A stretch of 17,536 nucleotides of DNA. Source: a virus. Lineage: Duplodnaviria > Heunggongvirae > Uroviricota > Caudoviricetes. Made by a program: the position numbers and the translations under genes. The notes below the pieces were generated by a model. It was not told where the DNA came from. It saw only the letters and a list, made by a program, of their open reading frames with translations, and searched no databases. Location: the IMG/VR virus record IMGVR_UViG_2648501186_000010, positions 1 to 17,536 of that record. One strand, given 5' to 3'. Below, piece after piece: positions 1-7,081 of this stretch (positions are counted from its first letter, which is position 1; the number at the start of each line of letters is the position of its first letter).

Positions 1-333
1 TTACTGGCAGGCTTTTTGTCCAATGTAGTATGCAATTGAGCGGTCAACTATAGGGGCCATATTTGGATCTGGTGCTGAGTTATTCATCTGCTCGATGGTC
101 TCACCGTCTCCAAGATATTTAACTGTCCCGGCAGTACAGTCGTACAGCCGCTTTGAATATGATGTTCCAGACGGCCCCTTTCTTTCAGTTGTTATAGTAG
201 CCATGCTGCCGTCGCGAGTCTTATCTAAAATCGTGTAACTAGCCTTCGTATCTGTTGGCACATAAACAACCTCAGCCGCAAACACATTAAATGAAACTGC
301 TGCCCCTACAGCTAATATAATGAAATTTTTCAT
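1..333 (-). CDS. Small secreted protein of unknown function (N-terminal signal peptide, two Cys in mature part); probably host flank or cargo
   Basis: ORF 1..393 begins at TTG; internal ATG at 333 gives MKNFIILAVGAAVSFNVFAAEVV..., a classic signal peptide with AxA-like cleavage site. Stop codon sits at the window edge. Lies outside the candidate att repeat. Confidence 0.5.
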   Translation of the reverse strand: MKNFIILAVGAAVSFNVFAAEVVYVPTDTKASYTILDKTRDGSMATITTERKGPSGTSYSKRLYDCTAGTVKYLGDGETIEQMNNSAPDPNMAPIVDRSIAYYIGQKACQ

Positions 334-354
334 ATCCCTATTCCTATCATTTGA

Positions 355-380
355 GTATGCAATAATCCTATCAAGGAACT
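355..380. repeat. Candidate attachment-site core, left copy (attR in P2 convention)
   Basis: gtATGCAATaATCCtaTCAAGGAac at 355..380 matches taATGCAATcATCCc-TCAAGGAtc at 17357..17380 (7+4+7 identical blocks, one indel). Located just beyond the terminal phage gene on this side. Confidence 0.4.
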
Positions 381-412
381 GAGAAAACGACAAAACCCGC
401 GTTTTGCGGGCT
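381..412 (-). terminator. Rho-independent terminator after the gpD-like gene
   Basis: Minus strand reads CCCGC-aaaac-GCGGG followed by ttttgtcgttttctc (stem 406..410 / 396..400, T-rich tail 381..395), directly downstream of the CDS ending at 424. Confidence 0.55.
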
Positions 413-423
413 GTCTGGAATGG

Positions 424-2124
424 TCAGGCAATGATGTTCTGGTACTTGCTCCGGGTCTGTCCGGCCTTTGTCGCCGTCCGGGTAAACGCTCCGGCATTGG
501 TTGGCGTACCAACACTGGGGTGCGAATGACTCGCACATTGCTGCGCCAGCTCTGCCAGTAAATCAATGGTGTCCAACATCATGGTCAGCGTGTTTACACT
601 TTCACTGCCGATATGGACGGTTGGCCCCATAATCTGCTGACCGCCCGATGCCACCGATTTGCGTAATGCAGCAATCTTTTCAGTCAGGGTTCCCCCCACA
701 TCCACATCTACGGCTCCCGCCACCTTAGTGGACTGTTTCTCGGTTATCTCAGTTTCGTCATTCCCTTCAATGCTGGCCAGCCTGTTACCTTTCACCGCCT
801 GGCTATAATCACCGGCGCTTACATGCTGGATGGCTCCGGCCAGCAGTGTGGCGGTTCCCAGTACCGTGGTTTTATCCGTGGCTTTCACCGTGGTTTCACG
901 GCTGACCAGCTCGCGCTGTTCTGTATCGGCTTTTACGGTTCGCACCATTGATGTTTCTCTGATGGTCTGATCGGTCTGCCTTACCCAGTCTCCAGCCTGC
1001 GTCACTCTCTGGGATACTTCTTCCCGCTGCTGCTGCAATTGCTCACCGGGTTTAACGTCCGGCAGGCTGGTACCATCCGGCAGGGTCTGCCTGATAAAGG
1101 GTTTATCCGGTCTGCCTCCCGTGAATGCAACCTCAACCAGCGTCCCTTCTGGCGGAAACTGAAACATACCCGAATCATTCCCGGCCATTGGTACCGGCAG
1201 CGGCACCGCTGAATAAACAGGTGTCTGATTGTCCGGATTTCCGTCTGCGTCAAGCAGCTGCACGTCCACGGCGTAACGTGGACGGAAGGGATCGGCAAAG
1301 TTACCGCTTTTTACCGGCTCTGAATGCGCCACGACTCTGGCCATCTTTGGCAAATGAAGCCCGGATGCCAGTTCCGGGTAATGGCTTTCAATCTGCCGTT
1401 GCGCCGGTGTTTTCTGCAAAGGTTTACCCGTTGCGCGGTTTCTCGGCGTCCATGTGATCGCCATCGTGTCATTAGTCAGGTGAACTTTAGTCACGCGTTC
1501 ACCGTTCATCTCCACCCCTGGCCGCATAGTCTGGATCACTGGTAATGTCACAGAGTTACCACCAGCAGCCCCCTGGCTGAACTCTGACGGGATTTCTACG
1601 GGACGACCGGCAAACAATGACTTTTCTGCACCGCCGACGTAAAGCGAACCATCAGGCAACTGGTACCAGATGTAATCCTGGATACTGAACGCCCTGCCCA
1701 GATTGTTCAGCAACTGATAGCCGGTACCGTTATGAGTAAAATGTGGGATAGGGGTATCGCTGTACTGTGCATCAGGCACACTGACCGTGATCCCGCTGTT
1801 TTCTTCCAGCCAGCCCGCAATTTCACGCAAAGTCGGGTGCTGAAACGAACATGGCCACATCCTTTCAAACACACCTACCAGTTCACGAATGAACAGACGC
1901 TGAAAACCGTTTTCTGCGGGCTGCGATCGCTCCACGTACCCCGTAAACCAGCGCAAAAGCAGATCGGTATACCCCACATCCAGCCGCACCAGTTTTCCGG
2001 TGTAATCGGTTGTTGTCTCTGCGGTGATGAAGCCCCGACCGCAGCTGTTCAGCTCCAGTACCAGGCTGGCATCCACCAGGTGAATTTCATCCGTTGAAAG
2101 GTAAAGACGTTTTACTGGTTTCAT
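424..2124 (-). CDS. Tail baseplate hub protein, gpD / gp27 / VgrG-like N-terminal region with ~180 aa C-terminal extension
   Basis: 566 aa. N-terminal segment RWFTGYVERSQPAENGFQRLFIRELVGVFERMWPCSFQHPTLREIAGWLEENSGI fits the conserved R-F-G-V...R-FQ...EI...L-E-G pattern of the gp27/gpD hub family. Position after the tape-measure gene and a gpU-like gene matches P2 T-U-D order. ATG at 2124 lies 2 nt after the upstream gene stop. Confidence 0.5.
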   Translation of the reverse strand: MKPVKRLYLSTDEIHLVDASLVLELNSCGRGFITAETTTDYTGKLVRLDVGYTDLLLRWFTGYVERSQPAENGFQRLFIRELVGVFERMWPCSFQHPTLREIAGWLEENSGITVSVPDAQYSDTPIPHFTHNGTGYQLLNNLGRAFSIQDYIWYQLPDGSLYVGGAEKSLFAGRPVEIPSEFSQGAAGGNSVTLPVIQTMRPGVEMNGERVTKVHLTNDTMAITWTPRNRATGKPLQKTPAQRQIESHYPELASGLHLPKMARVVAHSEPVKSGNFADPFRPRYAVDVQLLDADGNPDNQTPVYSAVPLPVPMAGNDSGMFQFPPEGTLVEVAFTGGRPDKPFIRQTLPDGTSLPDVKPGEQLQQQREEVSQRVTQAGDWVRQTDQTIRETSMVRTVKADTEQRELVSRETTVKATDKTTVLGTATLLAGAIQHVSAGDYSQAVKGNRLASIEGNDETEITEKQSTKVAGAVDVDVGGTLTEKIAALRKSVASGGQQIMGPTVHIGSESVNTLTMMLDTIDLLAELAQQCASHSHPSVGTPTNAGAFTRTATKAGQTRSKYQNIIA

Positions 2125-2126
2125 TA

Positions 2127-2672
2127 TTAACCCAAAGCATCATTGACGGGCTTCAGCACCTTGCGTTCAAACCACGTCAGTTTTTCTTCATCCTCTCCGG
2201 CAGACTGGCCACCGGACTGTCCCGCACTACCGGCAGTCTGTTTTTTTGCGGTCGTCTTACCTGTTGCCCTGGCCTCTCGCTTTTCCTGCACGCTGATATG
2301 TTCCGCCAGTGTGAATGTCACCAGCCAGGACATTTTCCCGTCCTGCTGGGGCGCATCCAGCATTCCGCTGAACGTTGCTTCACGAAAATTAACTGCACGG
2401 GCAACTTCATGCGCCACGCGGTACTTCTGACGATTACCACTGGCATCGGTAGCACTGGCCAGCTCAAAAATACGCTTCAGTATTTCAGGCTGTTTAAAAG
2501 GTATTTCACCGCTGATCCGCAGTTCCTTTCCCTTTGCTCCCTGCTCTGATTTTGTTGTGGCGCTGGTCTGGCCGGACTGATCTTTATCCTGAAACTGCTG
2601 TGAAACGGTCACCCGCATGTTTTTCAGCTGGATGGCCTCGCCATTAAGCACCAGTGTCGGGATCGAAGTCAT
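2127..2672 (-). CDS. Phage tail protein, gpU-like by position (between tape measure and hub)
   Basis: 181 aa ORF, ATG at 2672 preceded by AAGGGA. Structured N-terminal ~120 aa and Gly/Ser/Ala/Thr/Lys-rich C-terminal tail. Assignment is by synteny only. Confidence 0.4.
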   Translation of the reverse strand: MTSIPTLVLNGEAIQLKNMRVTVSQQFQDKDQSGQTSATTKSEQGAKGKELRISGEIPFKQPEILKRIFELASATDASGNRQKYRVAHEVARAVNFREATFSGMLDAPQQDGKMSWLVTFTLAEHISVQEKREARATGKTTAKKQTAGSAGQSGGQSAGEDEEKLTWFERKVLKPVNDALG

Positions 2673-3811
2673 GAATCATTCCCTTTATTCCATCAAGATT
2701 ATCACCAACCAGCATCATGGCTGCGGTGTAAACGGCAGACTGCTGCGGAATGTCCTTCATCAGTTCCAGTAACGTGGTGCCGGTGTCTCCGCTGGCAGTA
2801 AAAACCCACGCTCTGGCACTTTTTCCCTGTAAATCATTCAGGCCGCTGACCACGTCACTGATAAGCTGGTCACGCAGCTGCGTGAACTCGCCCAGCTGTT
2901 TTTTCAGCCCTTCGATATCAAACCCGGCACCCGCCGCCTTTTGTGCCTGGCTGATTGCCGCAGCAGATAAAGCAACCCTGCTGGTTGGTAACCGCCGTTA
3001 ACGCCCCCCAGATCCCGCGCAATCCCATCATGATGAATCTGGATACTCCCATCACGATATTGGCCACCGCCCCCACGGCGGCAAAGCTCAGTAGTGCCAT
3101 CGACGCATAACCAATCACACGGGCAATGTTAGGAAATAACTGCATCCAGCGGGCAAAGGTCTGCCCCATATCAGCCAGGCGATTCAGAACCGGATACAGC
3201 ACCGGGATCAGCGTCAGCCCGATCACGGTCTGAATGGCTTTCAGGATTTGCACAAAGCGATCCCACGGCTTAACCATTTTTTGAGCCATTTCCTGGGTAC
3301 GCTTCAGACCGTCCGCGCCGCCCAGTTCGGTGATGTTCCGCTGAAGTAACGCGACATTGCCGTAAAGCTGTTTAACCACTGCAGAACTGTCACCAAAGGC
3401 TGCATCCAGTTCCGCCTGGGCTTTCAGGTTCCCTTCAAGGCTTTTGCCATATTTGCCCTGCAACTTGATCAGCATTTCAGGCATGGACAGCATTTTGCCG
3501 GTGGAGTCAGTAAAGGACAGCCCCAGCTTTTTAGCGCCATCAATCGCACCAGTCATAAATCCTTCATAGGCGCTGCTGGCTTCCGTTCCCAGTGTCCGCT
3601 GAAGTTGCCCCAGAATGGCCAGCTGTTCATCCAGTCCCACGCCGTAGTTAGTCCCTACGCCGCGCGCACCTTCCATCAAATCCTTGATAGTGGCCATTTC
3701 TGTGCCAAATGTTTTGCGCATATAAACCATCTTGCCCGCCAGCTGCTCGGCAAATTCAACCTTGCCCAGTCTGGCGGCATCGGCGGAAAAGTTACCAAAC
3801 ATCTGCCCCAT
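2644..3811 (-). pseudogene. Tail tape measure protein (gpT-like) remnant: 5' end lost or fused to L, internal frameshift near 2983..2997
   Basis: Frame B (3811 down to ~2985) encodes a TMP-like domain with hydrophobic segments (VIGLTLIPVLYPVL, VIGYASMALLSFAAVGAVANIVMGV), then runs into junk and a stop at 2918. Protein-like sequence resumes in frame A (~2997 down to 2644: SRVALSAAAISQAQKAAGAGFDIEGL...IHDFDPDTGA). Frame B stays open upstream of the ATG at 3811 to a stop at 3938 with no convincing start. Confidence 0.55.
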
Positions 3812-4230
3812 AAATTCCGCCGTGTCCGCCGCTGTGGACTTGAGCGCAAAAGCCAGGGTATTTCCATACTTTCCTGTCCCGGATGAGTATCGCGCCGCCC
3901 GATAGTGGCGAACTCCCCCAGCAGATCCGCTTTTGCCCTAGCAAAAACGGCCTTCATATACTGGGCGCACAGGCTGTTCAGTCCGCCCATTTTTACACCT
4001 GGTACCTCTGCCGCCAGCGTGTAGCCTTTCGCTATCCAACTGGACTCCACGTTTTCCAGTTCCGCATTCACCTCCGCCACCGCTGCAAGCAACGCCTGGC
4101 TGATGGTGTCAGCGTCAATATCTGGCGGTAGTGACCGCTGCGCTTGAAAATCCTTCAGATTCAGATCTGGCCAGAATCCGTTATTGGTCAGCGGTTCATC
4201 CTGATAATCCAGCGGCTTTCCGCTAAACAT
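3676..4230 (-). CDS. L: Head completion/stabilisation protein gpL-like; 3' third looks out of frame or chimeric
   Basis: Immediately downstream of gpM as in P2. N-terminal two thirds protein-like (FWPDLNLKDFQAQRSLPPDIDADTISQALLAAVAEVNAELENV...). Last ~70 codons are Arg/Pro/Trp-rich and overlap the TMP frame by >100 nt. ATG at 4230 preceded by GGGGGA; the ORF could also start at GTG 4281. Confidence 0.5.
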   Translation of the reverse strand: MFSGKPLDYQDEPLTNNGFWPDLNLKDFQAQRSLPPDIDADTISQALLAAVAEVNAELENVESSWIAKGYTLAAEVPGVKMGGLNSLCAQYMKAVFARAKADLLGEFATIGRRDTHPGQESMEIPWLLRSSPQRRTRRNLWGRCLVTFPPMPPDWARLNLPSSWRARWFICAKHLAQKWPLSRI

Positions 4231-4326
4231 AAATCCCCCGAAAAAGGCGGACTGGCCGGTTTCCACGGCGCAGTTACACACAAGGTGTTCTGCCCTCCAC
4301 CGCGTCCGCCTGGCTTGCGGTAGTCT

Positions 4327-5028
4327 TTACCCTTGAGTCAGTTTTCGGATACGGGCGGCAATTGTCTGCCGCGCCGTTCTGACGCCAATTTTTGAGTAGT
4401 GTTTTTCTGCAATAGCCAGCAGCTGATCGGCTTTTTCCAGCGTTTCAATATCATCCACGCCCGCCGCCGTTTTCTGGCCATCGTCATTGCGTAGCAACTC
4501 CTGACCGGCAAACTTGAACCATTTGGCCGTCACCTGCTCATGCAGTCGCCAGGTGTTTGCCACCCGCTCAAACGTGCGGGTGAAATAAGGCTCCACACTT
4601 TCCCCGCGCCCTGCGGTTTCCTGCGCCCATGCCAGCATCGTATCCGCCACGAAAGTGGGAAAATTGCTGCGTAACCGATCCGGGGTTGCCTGCTGCTGGC
4701 TGATAGCAATGTCAGCCCAGTCCAGCGCCTTATCCAGATCGCCCACGTCAAACAGCCAGATAACACACCAGGCAAAAACCGGATTTGCATACTCCTGGCC
4801 ACTCTCCAGATAGGCTTCCACAGTGGGAACCCAGCGCGGCAACAGCACATTGCGTTTGTACTCGACGCGATCGGCGATGGTAGGCAGACTTCGAATATAT
4901 TCCACATCCGTTTCCAGCGCCCTGACCAGCAAGTGCATACTTTCCGTGGTTTCCAGTGCCTGGCTGCGCTTCAGCTTTTGTTCCATCGCAATACGCTGGC
5001 TGTGACGCTGCGCGGGGGAAAGTGCCAT
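4327..5028 (-). CDS. M: Terminase small (endonuclease) subunit, gpM-like
   Basis: 233 aa, between capsid gene N and L as in P2. ATG at 5028 lies 3 nt after the N stop, preceded by GGAGGG. Confidence 0.75.
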   Translation of the reverse strand: MALSPAQRHSQRIAMEQKLKRSQALETTESMHLLVRALETDVEYIRSLPTIADRVEYKRNVLLPRWVPTVEAYLESGQEYANPVFAWCVIWLFDVGDLDKALDWADIAISQQQATPDRLRSNFPTFVADTMLAWAQETAGRGESVEPYFTRTFERVANTWRLHEQVTAKWFKFAGQELLRNDDGQKTAAGVDDIETLEKADQLLAIAEKHYSKIGVRTARQTIAARIRKLTQG

Positions 5029-5031
5029 TTA

Positions 5032-6054
5032 TCAACCCTCCACCGGTTCGGAGACTTTGCCGATTGTCACAGCGGATTCATCAATAGCCGCATACAGCTC
5101 CGGCACTTCCACCGCGTAACCTTCATTGCGCAGGTATTTGTTTTCGAACTGCTTACGATCTTCAACAAACTCCGCCTTACGCATACGGGTATTGCGCTGG
5201 GTGTAGATGTGCAGGTTAGAAAGCGGCGTAACCACCATGCGTTTACCCGGCATAAACGGCGGGATAATAGCCGGACGGCCAGCAATGGTGCTTCCCAGCA
5301 TCTGCGCCGCGATTTTTTCAGTCGGACGGTCTGCTGCCTGATACAGTCGGTATTGTTCAGCTGCGACCAGATCGGCACCAACCAGAACAACCAGACGCGG
5401 GTCATTGCGGAACTGTGCCGGGATTTTGGCGTTAATCAGATCGGACGCCATTGCATCCAGTGATTTGTAATCCCCGGCCTCATCAAGCACCACGGCATCC
5501 GTCATAATCTGATTGCCGCCCAGCAGCGTTTTCATACGCTCATGCCAGCCAACGTTCACATCCTCGCCGTTCGGGTTAGTTTCCGGATCAGTGGTTTTCG
5601 CGCGACTTTTACCGTTAAAACCAATGCGCAACATATCCAGCGCAAAAGCCTGCGTGGTGAATGCCTGTACCAAGTTGTAAAACTCGTTTTCGTCCTTACC
5701 GGCGTTTGCCCAGACAGAAAGCAGATCCCAGCGCAACGCGGCACAGCTGTCTGTTTCAACCAGGGAATAGTCATTACCGTCAACGCCTACCTGACGAATG
5801 AAACGGCCATTTTCGCTGCGGCCGGTATGCAGCACAGAGGAACCGACAGAGATCACCTGGCCACTCAGCTGGTCAACATCCAGACAGGTGATCATGTTCA
5901 GGAACTCGACGGACTCCAGCAACGCAAGACGCAGCGCATTTTCCTGCGGGTCATTCAGGGAAAAATATCGACTGGTATCACGCGCACCAAACTGCTGCGC
6001 CATCCCCGCCGAATATTTATCCAGTAAATCCCGCGCACGATTATTAAGGTGCAT
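5032..6054 (-). CDS. N: Major capsid protein, P2 gpN family
   Basis: 340 aa from ATG 6054 (AAGGAG RBS just upstream; the track ORF extends to TTG 6069). Recalled similarity to the P2 N region (FNGKSRAKTTDPETNPNGEDVNVGWHERMK, PRLVVLVGADLV). Synteny O-N-M. Confidence 0.85.
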   Translation of the reverse strand: MHLNNRARDLLDKYSAGMAQQFGARDTSRYFSLNDPQENALRLALLESVEFLNMITCLDVDQLSGQVISVGSSVLHTGRSENGRFIRQVGVDGNDYSLVETDSCAALRWDLLSVWANAGKDENEFYNLVQAFTTQAFALDMLRIGFNGKSRAKTTDPETNPNGEDVNVGWHERMKTLLGGNQIMTDAVVLDEAGDYKSLDAMASDLINAKIPAQFRNDPRLVVLVGADLVAAEQYRLYQAADRPTEKIAAQMLGSTIAGRPAIIPPFMPGKRMVVTPLSNLHIYTQRNTRMRKAEFVEDRKQFENKYLRNEGYAVEVPELYAAIDESAVTIGKVSEPVEG

Positions 6055-6116
6055 AAAACTCCTTCGCAATTAAGCGATTTAAAAATATATTCTGGGCTAA
6101 TTAGCAATAAAGCGAA

Positions 6117-6920
6117 TTACAGGAAATTAAATTTCCCGGCTTTATCTTTTATAGTACGCCCCGGTGTACGGGTGTTTTTATTACCCAGTTCGTTAAAGCG
6201 GGTTACGATTTCTTTTGCATTATCGCGAATTGCCGCAAATTCCTGCGTATCCACCACTTCAGCAATTGTGTCAACATCACCCTGAACGTCATTCAGTTGA
6301 GTTTCAATTTTCGCCACTCGCGCTTCCAGATCGTTCACCACATTGGCAAGCGCCTGTAATTTATCTTCATCCGGAGCAGGATTATCCTGCGGCGTTTCAT
6401 CTTCAAACTTTGGCTTAATACCAAACAGTTTCTGCCAGTTCTTCATTCTTGCTTCCTGTTTAATTTTTCCGTCGCGGGAAATTACACAGCTGTAATATCC
6501 CTGCTTTGTTAATTTATTGCGCCGACTACTAAAGCGCAGCCGTGTGGTGCCAACGCTGGCAGGTGTATCTGTTACCGCCAGCCCTTTCAGGTAAGTACGC
6601 CCGCTACCGCGCCAGTTTTCTTCCGGCTCAATGGAGAAGAACAAAAGCTGATCTTCATGATTTGCGAAAATCAGACGCATATTCGGGCAAAGGCTGACAT
6701 ATAACCGTGCCAGTCCATCTTCACCATCATTCCAGGTGGCTTCCAGCACTTCACCAAAATTCCCGCAATCATCCTCATGTTCTGGCCAGATTAAAGCGAC
6801 ATAGTGGCTATAGTCATAGGTTTCCCCCATATCAATGATCCACTGCCGTTTAATTACCCTGCCATCAACGGTATCCCCTTCAGTAGCAACACACAGCCAG
6901 TCAGTTTTTAAATGTGACAT
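6117..6920 (-). CDS. O: Capsid scaffolding protein, gpO family
   Basis: 267 aa from ATG 6920 (GGGGGG RBS). N-terminus WLCVATEGDTVDGRVI resembles the gpO N-terminal motif, with a coiled-coil-like C-terminal half. Divergent from P as in P2. Confidence 0.8.
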   Translation of the reverse strand: MSHLKTDWLCVATEGDTVDGRVIKRQWIIDMGETYDYSHYVALIWPEHEDDCGNFGEVLEATWNDGEDGLARLYVSLCPNMRLIFANHEDQLLFFSIEPEENWRGSGRTYLKGLAVTDTPASVGTTRLRFSSRRNKLTKQGYYSCVISRDGKIKQEARMKNWQKLFGIKPKFEDETPQDNPAPDEDKLQALANVVNDLEARVAKIETQLNDVQGDVDTIAEVVDTQEFAAIRDNAKEIVTRFNELGNKNTRTPGRTIKDKAGKFNFL

Positions 6921-7002
6921 ATCCCCCCTGTTCCACTCCCTGACGCTGCAAACCAATTATTGCCAAATAAAACCACCACCGCATTACGCTTTATTCTGAA
7001 CA

Positions 7003-7027
7003 GTTCGGTTATAACGCTTTACCGAAC
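7003..7027. promoter_or_regulatory. Perfect 7 bp inverted repeat (GTTCGGT-N11-ACCGAAC) in the O/P divergent intergenic region; candidate late-activator binding site
   Basis: gttcggt (7003..7009), 11 nt spacer, accgaac (7021..7027). Centred ~67 bp upstream of the P start and ~95 bp upstream of the O start, where P2-type late promoters carry an upstream activator dyad. Confidence 0.3.
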
Positions 7028-7081
7028 AGACACGAATTAACACCACCGTTTTTTCATCACAGCCACGGCATAATTATCCGC

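Noticed and set aside
1125-2549. Plus-strand ORFs of 73 to 151 aa (1125..1457, 1324..1545, 1732..2097, 2094..2549, 2143..2430)
   Set aside because: They lie antisense within the long minus-strand hub and gpU-like genes, have Pro/Arg/Cys-rich composition and no RBS context; typical shadow ORFs.
4585-5010. Two GC-rich stretches resembling the P2 cohesive end (ctttccccgcgcc near 4598; gcgggggaaag near 4994)
   Set aside because: Both lie inside the gpM coding sequence, far from the portal-proximal position where cos belongs; the similarity is partial and best explained by coding GC-rich sequence.
4530-6073. Overlapping alternative-frame and antisense ORFs in the M/N region (for example 4530..4907, 4748..5035, 4933..5463, 5067..5405, 5542..6027, 5798..6073)
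   Set aside because: They are embedded in or antisense to the well-supported terminase small subunit and major capsid genes; composition is low-complexity.
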